A stretch of 64,000 nt of DNA from Nitrospirales bacterium. Its GTDB lineage: Bacteria; Nitrospirota; Nitrospiria; Nitrospirales; UBA8639. The stretch is taken from positions 3,712,001 to 3,776,000 of the forward strand of contig OY820905.2 in NCBI GenBank assembly GCA_963555755.3, written 5' to 3'. The notes beneath the pieces were generated by a model. That model ran no database searches and had not been told where the DNA came from. It worked only from the letters and a program-made list of their open reading frames with translations. The position numbers and the translations under genes are program-made. Shown in pieces: positions 41,970-51,749 of this stretch. How positions within the stretch are numbered: the first letter of the stretch is position 1; every line of letters begins with the position of its first letter.

Positions 41970-43574
41970 GTGAGTAAGGAATCGGTTCAATTAGAAATCT
42001 ACGATACGACGCTTCGGGACGGCGCACAGGCAGAGGATGTGAGCTTTTCCGTGGAAGATAAAATTCGCATCGCGCAAAAATTGGATGAATTGGGGATTCA
42101 TTTCATCGAAGGGGGTTGGCCTGGTGCCAATCCGCGGGATATTGAATTTTTCCAGAAGATCAAGGCCATCCCGCTGCAGCATGCCAAGATTGTGGCCTTT
42201 GGGTCCACACGAAAGGCGGGAAATGCGGTGGATGACGACCCAACCCTCAAGGCTCTCCTCGATGCCGACACGCGGCTTATTACCATTTTTGGCAAGAGTT
42301 GGACGTTGCATGTGACGGATGCCTTGGGCACCACGTTGGAGAGTAATTTAGAATTAATCCAAGACTCCATTGTCTATCTTCGTTCACACGGAAAATCGGT
42401 GTTTTACGATGCCGAGCACTTTTTCGATGGGTTTAAGGCAGATCCAGAATATGCGCTGGAGACCGTGCTGCGTGCTGTCGAGGGAGGAGCCGAACGCATT
42501 ATTTTGTGCGATTCTAATGGCGGGACCATGCCCTGGGAAATTGAAGACATCTGGTCGAAAGTCCAAGACATCTGCCAAGTTCCACTGGGTATCCATGCCC
42601 ATAACGATGCGGACATGGCCGTGGCGAATACACTTGTTGCCGTCAAAATGGGCGCGCGGCAAGTCCAAGGTACGATGAACGGCATTGGGGAGCGGTGCGG
42701 GAATGTTAATTTGTGTTCGGTTGTAGCCAATCTTGAATTAAAGATGAATAAGCCGGTCTTGGGTGAAGGCAGGTTACAGCACCTTCGCAATGTCTCTCTC
42801 TATGTGTCGGAGATTGCGAATTTGTTGCCGAATAAGCGTCAGGCGTATATTGGGGATGCGGCCTTTGCTCATAAGGGCGGGGTCCATATCCACGCTGTTC
42901 AAAAAAACCCGCTGACGTATGAGCATGTCCGACCAGAATTGGTTGGAAATCGGCAACGCATATTGGTATCCGATAGCACGGGACGAAGTGGCGTGGCCCA
43001 TAAGCTTGAGGAATATGGGGTGACTCTGTCTAGGGATCATCCCCGTGTGCAACAATTGTTGGCCCAACTCAAGGATCGTGAGCGGGATGGGTACCAATTC
43101 GAGGGCGCGGAGGGTTCCTTTGAACTCATGGTACGGGAAGCGTTGGGCACGCATCGGCCCGCCTTTGAATTACTCGGGCTGCGAGTCATTGTCGAAAAAC
43201 GTGATGCCAATGAAGACCCGACCACGGAAGCCACTATTAAGGTCAAAGTGGGTCATGTCGTTGAGCATACGGCTGCCGTGGGGGATGGTCCGGTTAATGC
43301 CATTGACAACGCCCTCCGTAAAGCCTTGGAGAAGTTTTACCCAGAATTGCGAGAAGTTGAATTGCTCGATTATAAAGTCCGTGTCTTAGCGGGGAATCAC
43401 GGGACGGAATCGAAAGTTCGAGTGCTCATTGAATCGGGCGATCATAAGTCGAAATGGGGAACCGTCGGAGTCTCGGAAAATATCATTGAAGCTAGTTGGC
43501 AGGCTTTGGCTGACAGCATTGAGTATAAACTCCTCAATCGAGATCAGAAGCCCGAGGATTCCCATGGTGCTTGA
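41970..43574 (+). CDS. cimA: Citramalate synthase
   Basis: YDTTLRDGAQ, IEGGWPGANP, YDAEHFFDG, HAHND and AFAHKGGVH motifs. Confidence 0.92.
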   Translation: MSKESVQLEIYDTTLRDGAQAEDVSFSVEDKIRIAQKLDELGIHFIEGGWPGANPRDIEFFQKIKAIPLQHAKIVAFGSTRKAGNAVDDDPTLKALLDADTRLITIFGKSWTLHVTDALGTTLESNLELIQDSIVYLRSHGKSVFYDAEHFFDGFKADPEYALETVLRAVEGGAERIILCDSNGGTMPWEIEDIWSKVQDICQVPLGIHAHNDADMAVANTLVAVKMGARQVQGTMNGIGERCGNVNLCSVVANLELKMNKPVLGEGRLQHLRNVSLYVSEIANLLPNKRQAYIGDAAFAHKGGVHIHAVQKNPLTYEHVRPELVGNRQRILVSDSTGRSGVAHKLEEYGVTLSRDHPRVQQLLAQLKDRERDGYQFEGAEGSFELMVREALGTHRPAFELLGLRVIVEKRDANEDPTTEATIKVKVGHVVEHTAAVGDGPVNAIDNALRKALEKFYPELREVELLDYKVRVLAGNHGTESKVRVLIESGDHKSKWGTVGVSENIIEASWQALADSIEYKLLNRDQKPEDSHGA

Positions 43575-43591
43575 TTTTACACGTATTTTCC

Positions 43592-43620
43592 TTGACAATC
43601 CGGCTCTCTCTCGATACCGT
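43592..43620 (+). promoter_or_regulatory. Putative sigma70 promoter of the IHF gene
   Basis: TTGACA-N17-TACCGT. Confidence 0.5.
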
Positions 43621-43692
43621 GCTGGGAAAATTCTGGCGTTTTACGCCAGAAGTGTCATCCCTAAGGATACGAACCCTTCGTGAGGAGTCCCG

Positions 43693-43968
43693 ATGCGAAA
43701 AGCCGATATTGCCAACGAGATTTGCGAAAAGGTTGGGGCGTCGAAAGCCGAGTCCATGGAACTTGTTGAATATGTCCTGGATGCGATTAAGTCCGTGCTA
43801 AAGAATGGTGAACCTGTCAAGATCGCTGGTTTTGGGAACTTCATGGTTCGAAGCAAGGGCGAGCGCAAGGGACGAAATCCTCGGACCGGTGAGGAAATTG
43901 CCATTAGTCCCAGGCGAGTGGTGACATTTCGGGCTAGCCAAATTTTTAAAAAATACGTGAATTCCTAG
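43693..43968 (+). CDS. ihfA: Integration host factor subunit alpha
   Basis: GFGNF, GRNPRTGEEI and RRVVTF motifs; conserved ihfA-merR-tRNA-Pro order. Confidence 0.9.
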   Translation: MRKADIANEICEKVGASKAESMELVEYVLDAIKSVLKNGEPVKIAGFGNFMVRSKGERKGRNPRTGEEIAISPRRVVTFRASQIFKKYVNS

Positions 43969-44150
43969 TCACTCCTTAGGTTTGCTTCAATTTTGGCTCA
44001 GGACAAGGCGCAAGAAGCGCAGAACCGGAGCGTATTGGGAATACGTGAGGGCGCACGGTGCGAAGAGCACCACGTTTGTGCGCGCCGAAGGCTTGCGAGC
44101 ACCACAGTAATGCCGTCATGAGACAAAAGGGAAGTGACCTGAGGAGTGAC
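43968..44150. mobile_element. MITE-like family I (183 bp)
   Basis: TIR GTCACTCCT.AGGT/ACCT.AGGAGTGAC; ATTCCTA on both sides; contains the shared core hairpin. Confidence 0.7.
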
Positions 44151-44204
44151 GATTCCTAACGGAAACTCCTGCTGTGTCCGGGATTGACATGGAGGTCTTT
44201 GGGA

Positions 44205-44576
44205 ATGAAAATTGAGCTCAAGTACGACGACAAGTCGTTTTTTAAAATTGGCGAGGTGAGTGCGCTCACGAAGTTGCCTGCCTCCGTCCTCAGGTTTTGG
44301 GAATCAGAGTTTAGTTTTCTGCGCCCTCGAAAAAGCCAGGGACGTCATCGTGTCTATGATCGCCAATCGATAGAAACGGTGTTGGAAATTAAGCGAATGC
44401 TCTACGAAGAGGGGTATACCATTATGGGGCTCAAACGGTTTTGGCGACGGCGTCGAAGCCAGCCCCAAACAGAGGTTCCCGCAGACAAGGTCGAGCAGGT
44501 TCGACACGAACTTCAGGACATTTTAGGGATTTTAAATTCATATAGTGTGAAGTCGGGCGAAGTGAGCGTTTCCTAG
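44205..44576 (+). CDS. MerR-family HTH regulator
   Basis: FKIGEVS...VLRFWESEF..LRP.K and LYEEGYTI.G motifs. Confidence 0.92.
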   Translation: MKIELKYDDKSFFKIGEVSALTKLPASVLRFWESEFSFLRPRKSQGRHRVYDRQSIETVLEIKRMLYEEGYTIMGLKRFWRRRRSQPQTEVPADKVEQVRHELQDILGILNSYSVKSGEVSVS

Positions 44577-44577
44577 T

Positions 44578-44840
44578 AGGGACCTGTTGAAAAAGCCCGC
44601 CAGCGGCGTTCTTTGTAGACGTGAACCGTGATACGTGAAGCGGAAGAGTCCTTTTGACTTTTACCTTCTTGTTTCCTTACTCATCACGCGTCACCCATTA
44701 CGAATTAGGCCTTGCTGGGCGGCCATTGTGAACCGGTCCCTGGTAGTGCAGATCTGGAGTCCTGATCGAGACACGAGTTGCTGGGCAGGCTGTTCAAAAA
44801 GGTCCGAGAACGCCGCTGGTGGCCCTTATCAACAGCCTGC
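44578..44840. repeat. Two family G derivatives (44578-44741, 44785-44840)
   Basis: CTGTTGAAAAA...CGCCAGCGGCGTTC and GGCCTTGCTGG arms; the first has a heptamer-periodic interior. Confidence 0.7.
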
Positions 44841-44848
44841 TATGGTGT

Positions 44849-44925
44849 CGGGGCGTAGCGCAACCCGGTAGCGCACTCGCTTGGGGTGCGAGAGGTCGGC
44901 CGTTCAAATCGGCTCGCCCCGACCA
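44849..44925 (+). tRNA. tRNA-Pro(GGG)
   Basis: CGGGGCG acceptor stem; anticodon arm CTCGC-TTGGGGT-GCGAG; GTTCAAATC; encoded CCA. Confidence 0.97.
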
Positions 44926-45001
44926 CATATTTCCCCACTGTTCGACCAAGATTCAGCTGCTGAATGCGTGAGTGGCGATTTCTCCTTCTTTACATGATTC
45001 A

Positions 45002-45213
45002 GGTATCTCGTCGTTTGTATTTCGTATCTCGTGAAAAAATGAAGTGGGAGATGTGAGCGAGGCCTTTCGCGGTTTTACGAAATATAGTGTTTTACCCTTC
45101 AATGAAGACATCTTAAAAATCCCTCGCCCCCATGGAATGGGGGAATGGGGGAGAGGGCAAGGGTGAGGGGGTCTTAACGAATGGTTAACACACTATACGA
45201 ACGACGAGATACG
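45002..45213. repeat. Heptamer-type inverted repeat enclosing a CCCTC/GAGGG REP-like repeat
   Basis: GTATCTCGTCGTT...AACGACGAGATAC ends; inner CCCTCGCCCC...GGGGAGAGGG..GGGTGAGGGG. Confidence 0.65.
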
Positions 45214-45215
45214 TA

Positions 45216-45479
45216 TTACGCTTGCAGGTCATCCTCTTCTTCTATGAAATCTTCGCTTTCCGGCATGCCGTAGGCCACAAATTTGGCATAGGAAAGATAA
45301 ATGCCACTGCTATCAGCCATGGCCTTGGTTCCAGCCGTCATGCGCTCCAGTTTCTTGACATCGCTCCCTTCGCCCGATTGCAGAGAAACCAAGTACTCGT
45401 GTAAGACATCATTGTAGCGTTGCATCGATTGCTCGACTTCCAAATAGGCCTGCATTATCTGTTCTTTCATTGGTAACAC
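45216..45479 (-). CDS. Small acidic hypothetical protein
   Basis: 87-aa helical ORF with AAGGAG upstream. Confidence 0.7.
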   Translation of the reverse strand: MLPMKEQIMQAYLEVEQSMQRYNDVLHEYLVSLQSGEGSDVKKLERMTAGTKAMADSSGIYLSYAKFVAYGMPESEDFIEEEDDLQA

Positions 45480-45553
45480 TCCTTATCAAAATCAGAAAGT
45501 CACCATACACAAGGCTCTGAGGTCGGTCAACTGAATGCGTTGATATCCAAAAT

Positions 45554-45704
45554 GGGGATGTTGAAAAAGGGCGTCAGTCTTCGCCAAGGCTACGGCAGAC
45601 AAGCCAGCGGCGTTCTCGGCCCTTTGTCGTGCTCACGTACTTTCGTACGCTCCGCGCGCCAAAGTGCCTGCGGCCTTGCTGAGCGCATCTTTTTGAACAT
45701 CCCC
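45554..45704. repeat. Family G copy
   Basis: GGGGATGTTGAAAAAG/CTTTTTGAACATCCCC ends; closely similar to the 19461 copy. Confidence 0.88.
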
Positions 45705-45841
45705 TGTTGGTCTTGAGGTTTCATTGAACGGTCACATGCGAACGGCAATATAGTAATTTTTAATTATTGAATAGCCCAAAAATTTATTGTGGTCTGCCAT
45801 ACAGAAAAACTGGGACGACTGGTGTAGGGTAGGTCGTCTAA

Positions 45842-46020
45842 GGACCTGAGAGAACATAACTTGGACATCTCGCATCCAATCTTTGGGCCATCTTTGAACG
45901 GGCCTCAATCGAAAAACCCTCAACATAGCTGTGCTATGCCTCGGGATTTTCTCAATCGTTCCGTCCAAATCCGACCCAAATCTTGGCGCGATAGTGTCCA
46001 AGTTATGTTCTCTAAGGTCC
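45842..46020. mobile_element. MITE-like family C, copy 3
   Basis: Family C TIRs; TAA duplication. Confidence 0.9.
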
Positions 46021-46055
46021 TAATTGGGTGTGCAGCTGAATGAGGTGTTAATTCA

Positions 46056-46847
46056 ATGGACTGGGCGCTTTTTCTTTGGGCATGGTTGGTGACAACACCC
46101 ATAATGGTGGGGCTATGGTTGGCATATCGCTGGTACCACCGGAATGCGGCTTTGGCCGATGTAGGATTTTGTATGGGGTTTGGCCTTGTTGCCATTGGCT
46201 TAGGTCTGGTGACTGTGGGAGATGTGACGCATCGTATAGTGGTGGCGGTCATGGGCGCGGGGTATGCCTTTCGCCTCGGTGGGTATATTTTTCGTGTTCG
46301 TATTGTGAAAGCGACCGAAGACCCTCGCTATCAATCGCTTCGTGAAAAAATTGGAGGTCGAGCTGAATGGTGGTTGTTTGTGTATTTTATCGGCCAAGGG
46401 TTGGCTATCGCGGTACTGTCCGTACCTTTGCTGGTGCTCATGGCGAACCCCGAGGCCACCTGGAGTTTTTGGGAAATGGGAGGCATTCTTATTTGGGCAA
46501 TTGGTGTTGGTGGTGAAACGATAGCGGATGGTCAATTGAATCGCTTCCGACGACAATCTTCCAATCGAGGCAAAACCTGTAGGGAAGGTCTCTGGCGGTA
46601 TTCCCGACACCCCAATTATTTTTTTGAGGGCGTCCATTGGTGCGCGTATGTGGTCATGAGTGTTGGAATTTCTGATGGATGGCTGACCCTCGTTGGTCCC
46701 GTCCTCATGATCTGGGCTTTGCTCAAAGTGAGCGGGATTCCATTTGCCGAAGCGCAAGCCCTGGCCAGTCGCGGTGATGACTATCGTGACTATCAACGAA
46801 CCACCAATGCGTTTATCCCGTGGTTTCCCAAAGAGGCCAATCGTTGA
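46056..46847 (+). CDS. DUF1295 (steroid 5-alpha reductase-like) membrane protein
   Basis: EDPRY, E.IAD.QL..F, GLWRYSRHPNYFFE and YQRTTNAFIPW motifs. Confidence 0.92.
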   Translation: MDWALFLWAWLVTTPIMVGLWLAYRWYHRNAALADVGFCMGFGLVAIGLGLVTVGDVTHRIVVAVMGAGYAFRLGGYIFRVRIVKATEDPRYQSLREKIGGRAEWWLFVYFIGQGLAIAVLSVPLLVLMANPEATWSFWEMGGILIWAIGVGGETIADGQLNRFRRQSSNRGKTCREGLWRYSRHPNYFFEGVHWCAYVVMSVGISDGWLTLVGPVLMIWALLKVSGIPFAEAQALASRGDDYRDYQRTTNAFIPWFPKEANR

Positions 46848-46937
46848 GCGGTGAAGAAAAAGAGGACGCTACCCTTTACATGTCACTAAGAATGATTGAC
46901 CTGGTTAGCGGAAGGGAATGAACGATCAGTCCCTCTC

Positions 46938-47036
46938 TGTCATTTCGAGTGGAAGGAGAAATCTCTGTGTTGAGGGTGGACCGCCTGTCCCAGCGTGGCG
47001 GGAACGGCGAGATTTCTCCCAAGGGTGGAAATGACA
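46938..47036. repeat. Family H REP-like palindrome
   Basis: TGTCATTTCGA..GGAGAAATCT/AGATTTCTCC..GAAATGACA; a perfect version occurs at 52147-52217. Confidence 0.75.
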
Positions 47037-47093
47037 AACGGGGGGCCTCAGAGTGACAACAAGCTGGATCGTGCAGAAAAGTTAGGTATAACT

Positions 47094-47408
47094 CTATTCG
47101 CTTGACTGTTCAGGCAAAAGGTGAGATCCAACATCCATGCTGGCGTGAGGGATGCCGATGATTTCTATGATAGTGTCCGTGACTCTGTAGAAAATTATAT
47201 GCTTTCCTTCGGGAAGGCTTCTGTAATCTTTCAGTATGTCAGGTCTTGATCGTCCCAGATAGGGAGTTTTCACCAAATCATGGAATGTTTTTTCAAACTG
47301 GAAAACATATTTCTCGGCCTGCTGCTCGCCCCATCTTTCGAATGTGTACCGCCATATTTCTTGTAAATCATTCTTGGCAGCGGGCGTCAGCTTATAGTCA
47401 TTGGGCAT
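47094..47408 (-). CDS. parE: ParE-family toxin
   Basis: YKLTPAAKNDLQEIWRYT..RWG..QA..Y and HIIFYR motifs. Confidence 0.92.
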   Translation of the reverse strand: MPNDYKLTPAAKNDLQEIWRYTFERWGEQQAEKYVFQFEKTFHDLVKTPYLGRSRPDILKDYRSLPEGKHIIFYRVTDTIIEIIGIPHASMDVGSHLLPEQSSE

Positions 47409-47658
47409 TATGCTCTTGTTTGGCTTCTTCTATAATCTTCGAGATGGACTGATCAACGAATTCACCACGGTCGGCCTGCTCTGCCCCAACAGCTAGTTTC
47501 GTGCGAAGTTTCTCCAGCTTCATCTGATAGATCAACTCTTCGTGAGTTTCCATGAAGCGCAATGCTTCACGAATCACCTCACTCGCGTTGTTATAGAGAC
47601 CGGTTTGAACTTTTGATTTGACGATTTTTTCAAGCTCCGGTGTGAGTGATATATGCAT
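47398..47658 (-). CDS. parD: ParD-family RHH antitoxin
   Basis: ISLTPELE...V..GLYNNASEVIREALR motif; overlaps the toxin start. Confidence 0.92.
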   Translation of the reverse strand: MHISLTPELEKIVKSKVQTGLYNNASEVIREALRFMETHEELIYQMKLEKLRTKLAVGAEQADRGEFVDQSISKIIEEAKQEHNAQ

Positions 47659-47874
47659 GATGCAACCCTCCTATGTTTCATAGTGTGAGCAATGATACAA
47701 TGATTGTCAAAGTTTGTATTATTTAAAGAGTCACAGATGGGTGGAGACAGACTCGTTGCACCACTCCTGTTTCAGGATAGTTGTCGTGTCGGTTATGTTA
47801 AAAGTAGAACCACGGGGGTTTCTAGTTTTCACTGCTGTTTTAAGGTTCCGGCAAGTGTAAGACAACTTCCCTTA

Positions 47875-48030
47875 GGGTTCGCGCAAGAATTACTTCCCAT
47901 GGTAGGCGTCGATCCATCCCGTCTGGCGGCGTTGCTCGTCCTTTCCATACGAGGAGTATGCGCAATCCTCGCGCCATACCAGACAGGTGTCTCAGCACCC
48001 AAACATCTGAAGTAATTCTTGCGCGAACCC
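47875..48030. mobile_element. MITE-like family B, copy 4
   Basis: Family B TIRs and body. Confidence 0.9.
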
Positions 48031-48115
48031 TAAGGAGATTTATCTACGCGCGGGCCGGATTCAAAGAGACGAAATTCCATCGGAAATTCAAACATACATA
48101 ATATGGGGTGGATGA

Positions 48116-48820
48116 ATGGCTTTGGTTTTAATGAAGGGACAGGAAGTCTGGTTTTTGAATCGCTGGAAGAAACGGAACCATGTTGGGTCCGGCCGTGGGC
48201 GTATTGCTGCGATTACGGTCGCCATCCTAGTCTCTCTCGGGCCGATATTGGCACAGGCGCAGGATAAAATTTCTGACGAGGTGGCTGTTGCGGTCTCTCG
48301 TGGCCGAGTATTGGGTATTACTAGTGGAGGCGGGTTTGTCAGAGCGCGTCTGAGCGCTGGAGAAACCGTGCTCTTGACCGAATCAAAAGGCATCAACGCT
48401 TTGGTGCAAACGTCTGACCGATTGCTGGGGTTTTCCGGCCCAGTGCAGAGATGGAGAGAGCAACGATTGGATATCTCCGAGAGCGTGCAGAAAACCCAAG
48501 TCACCTCACGGTTGATTTTTGTCCGGACTGATAAGCGGCTGTATGGCTTTCAAGGCCCCATCGGTCGGTGGAAGGTGCAGGATCTCGGTGTTCAAGAAGA
48601 GCATCTCCAGACAGTCGTACAAAATCACATTGCCGTGGTCGTGACCGACCGACGGGTGTTAGGTTTCTCTACGTTTACCGGCGGGTTTTTCGCTGAAGAT
48701 TTATCCAATGATGAAACGATCGAACATGTCGAGGCTAATGATAACATCATTGTGTTGTTCACCTCGTCCCGAAAACTCATCTTTCGTTCGCGCTTAGCCG
48801 TGTGGGCGGAAACTCGATAA
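48116..48820 (+). CDS. Exported hypothetical protein with ~38-aa beta repeats (start uncertain)
   Basis: Signal-like segment ending AQA; repeated V.T..R..GF...G.W units. Confidence 0.75.
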   Translation: MALVLMKGQEVWFLNRWKKRNHVGSGRGRIAAITVAILVSLGPILAQAQDKISDEVAVAVSRGRVLGITSGGGFVRARLSAGETVLLTESKGINALVQTSDRLLGFSGPVQRWREQRLDISESVQKTQVTSRLIFVRTDKRLYGFQGPIGRWKVQDLGVQEEHLQTVVQNHIAVVVTDRRVLGFSTFTGGFFAEDLSNDETIEHVEANDNIIVLFTSSRKLIFRSRLAVWAETR

Positions 48821-49102
48821 AGGGCTGGACGTCCTTTTTTAATTGCCCCTAAAATTTGAGTACTTTTTCCCTTCTGTCATCCCCGACATCCCTAATCGGG
48901 GATACAGGTTTTTCCTTGTGTCATTTCGACCCCTTCTACCAATCATAGGTAGCTAATGCAACCGCTCCAGTTCTGGCTCCCTCATGCCCGATATCCTTTA
49001 TCGGGAATCCAGATTTCCTCTGGCAATGAATAGTCTTGGCAAGTTCAGAGCTGTGCGGGGTGTGGTTTTGGTAGGAATTATCTTGCAATGACAAGAGAGG
49101 TC

Positions 49103-49327
49103 TCAGGCATACATATACACGGGAGCGTGTTTGTGTGGCTTCATGGGTTGCTCTATCAATTCTTCCAAATGCCGGATAGTGTTGGGTGCGAGGAGGGTGT
49201 CGGAACAGACGTCACAGACTTCTGCGGGAACTCGTTCAAAAACAAGGACGTCCTCTCCGCGTTTCAGAGTGTGAACGATGAGGCGTTCCTCATAGTTTCC
49301 TGGGCATCCTTGAACACTGCATTGCAT
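49103..49327 (-). CDS. YgiT/MqsA-type zinc-finger protein
   Basis: MQCSVQGC...VPAEVCDVC motif. Confidence 0.85.
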   Translation of the reverse strand: MQCSVQGCPGNYEERLIVHTLKRGEDVLVFERVPAEVCDVCSDTLLAPNTIRHLEELIEQPMKPHKHAPVYMYA

Positions 49328-49329
49328 GT

Positions 49330-49665
49330 TTATTTTCCTCTTTGGAAAGGCGTCACCCATTTAGGCGCGCGTGGTTCATAAACCGTGATGATTATCGCAT
49401 GTTCAAGCGTTGTTGTACACACGACATGTACGTATCTTCCATGTGACGTTTGCTTGCAAATCAAACAGCAGGGACCCCGACGGTGTTCCGCATAATTTTC
49501 CACGAACGTGGCATCAAGAAGGACCTCCAGGATCTCCTCAAGGGAAATATCTTCCTCCACCATCTCCTGATGTCCGTGAAGAGTGATCCGAAGCTTGTCA
49601 GTTTCGGCTTGCCGTCGCAACTGCGCCAATATCGCGTCGGGATCCTGGGTATCAATGTCGGTCAT
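49330..49665 (-). CDS. DUF4258 family protein (putative RNase toxin)
   Basis: T.H...EM, HVVC and IITVYEP..PKW motifs; paired with the YgiT zinc finger. Confidence 0.85.
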   Translation of the reverse strand: MTDIDTQDPDAILAQLRRQAETDKLRITLHGHQEMVEEDISLEEILEVLLDATFVENYAEHRRGPCCLICKQTSHGRYVHVVCTTTLEHAIIITVYEPRAPKWVTPFQRGK

Positions 49666-49782
49666 GGTTACAAAAAGACGCGGAGAATTTAATGGTCTTC
49701 ACACATGGAGCCAAGGAAATCAAATTTTGTCAGCGAGTCTACCACAAGTTGGATGAATAAGCCGTGATTCCTAATTTTGCAG

Positions 49783-51686
49783 CAGGGCTATTTCATATTA
49801 AAGTGTAACTTTATAGATAATAAGGAATAATCGATTTAGGCTGGCTTTTTCTTTTCGTTTACGGCATACTCTTTTGCATGCCAGACGAATCGCCAAGCGG
49901 ACAGCCGGACATTGATCTGAGGCAAGTCGTGGTTCGCCCAATTGTCCGAGACGAAAAGGACGCCTTCAAGACCCTTCTCGACAGACACCACTACCTCGGT
50001 CATGCCCCGCTGATTGGCCAATCGATACAATATCTCGCCTGTGTGCAGGATCGCTGGCTGGCCTTGCTGGTGTTTGCGGCGGCGGCCCTCAAATCGAGAC
50101 CGCGAGACCACTGGATCGGCTGGCCCCCCTGTTTTCAATGGCAACGACTCCATTTACTGGCCAACAACACCCGGTTTCTCATGCTGCCGGGCTGTTCGCA
50201 AAAGAACCTCGCCTCGAAAGTCCTGTCGCTCTGCGCGAAACGGATCTCGGCCGATTGGCAACTGTACCACGGCTACCCCTTGCTCCTCTTAGAGACCTTC
50301 GTCGATCCTGCCCGCTTCACCGGGACCTGCTATCGGGCCGCCGGGTGGCACGAGCTCGGTCTGACACGAGGGTTTCGCAAGTCGAACACGTGTTATGTTC
50401 AGCATGAGAGACCGAAGCGCATCCTAGTCGTGCGGCTGCATCCCCAAGCCCGAGAGATCCTTGCACGCCCGATGCTTGATCAGCCCTATCAGAAAGGAGA
50501 AGCGCCTCAGATGAGATTGAATACAAAACAGACGGACTCCCTCTTTACGTATGTGGTGCAGCTGACCGATCCCCGCCATTTGCAAGGGCAACGGCACACC
50601 CGACGCGCCCTCACGGCGATCATGTTCTGTGCCACCTTGTGCGGCGCGCGCGGCTATGAAGCGATCTCGGACTGGGCCCAGCAGTTATCGCAGCCGATGC
50701 GCAAGCGGCTAGGCTGTACTCAGCGAGGGGGGCGCTACCTCGTCCCGAGCCGCAGCACTCTTTACCGCTTTATCACGGCCGTCGACCCCTGTGAAGTCGA
50801 TACCCTGCTCGGCCGGTGGCTGGACACCTTCGGCGGGGAGGATCAGGGCATTGCCATTGATGGGAAGACCATGCGGGGGACGTCGAAGGTCCCAAGCGAA
50901 CAGACCCACGTCCTCAGCGCCGTCACCCATCAAGCCGGGCGCCACCTCACCCAAAAAAAGTTCACTCCAAGACCAATGAGATCCCCTGCGTGCGGCCCCT
51001 GTTAGATGCGCTCGAGATCGCAGGGAAGGTGATCACGGCGGATGCGCTCCTCACCCAGAAAGAGATTGCCGAGTACCTGGTGCACGAACGCGGCGCCGAC
51101 TTCGTCTTCACCGTCAAGGGAAACCAGCCCACCTTGAAGCACGACATTGAGGCCTTAGCGTTGCGAGCACGCCGGTGCGATTATGCCACCACCGAGAAAG
51201 GCCATGGGCAGATCACGACCCGCAGGATCTGGTGCGATGACTCCCTGAATGCCTATGTCAACTTTCCTCATGTCCAGCAAGTCTTCTGCATTGAGAGGGA
51301 AGTGACGCATCTCAAGCAGGGCCTCACGACCGTCGAAGCGGTCTGCGGTGTCACGAGTCAGTCCAAAGACAAGGCGGGGCCGAAGACCATCCTCTCGCAA
51401 AACCGAAAGCATTGGAGTGTGGAGAATAAGCAGCATTATGTGTTGGACGTCACCTTTGATGAAGACAGGAGTCAGATACGAAGTCTCAATGGCCCAATGG
51501 TCATGACCTGTCTGAGACGCTATGCCATCAGTCTCTTACGCCTGAAAGGCTACACCAATATCGCGCAGGCGTGTAGACTGCTCTGGGGCAAGCCCCATTT
51601 AGCCATCCGCATGGCCCTGCCCTGAAAAAGAGGGCACAAAAAACCTCATGGAATCCCTTGCTTATAAAAAGAATGAAATGGCCCTG
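49783..51686 (+). mobile_element. ISAs1-family element, copy 2 (intact, 1904 bp)
   Basis: TIR CAGGGCTATTTCAT/ATGAAATGGCCCTG; 10-bp TSD AATTTTGCAG. Confidence 0.95.
49878..51625 (+). CDS. DUF4338-like/ISAs1 DDE transposase via -1 frameshift at A_AAA_AAG (50954-50960)
   Basis: ORF1 49878-51005; the -1 frame continues KVHSKTNEIPCVRPLL...ITADAL...HWSVEN. Confidence 0.88.
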
Positions 51687-51749
51687 AATTTTGCAGGGTG
51701 GGAATTGCTCACCTTTTAATTTTATGCGGGGGCGACACCCCACATTTAA

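Noticed and set aside
44849..49782. Integrative island at tRNA-Pro
   Set aside because: No integrase and no duplicated tRNA 3' end were found in the window.
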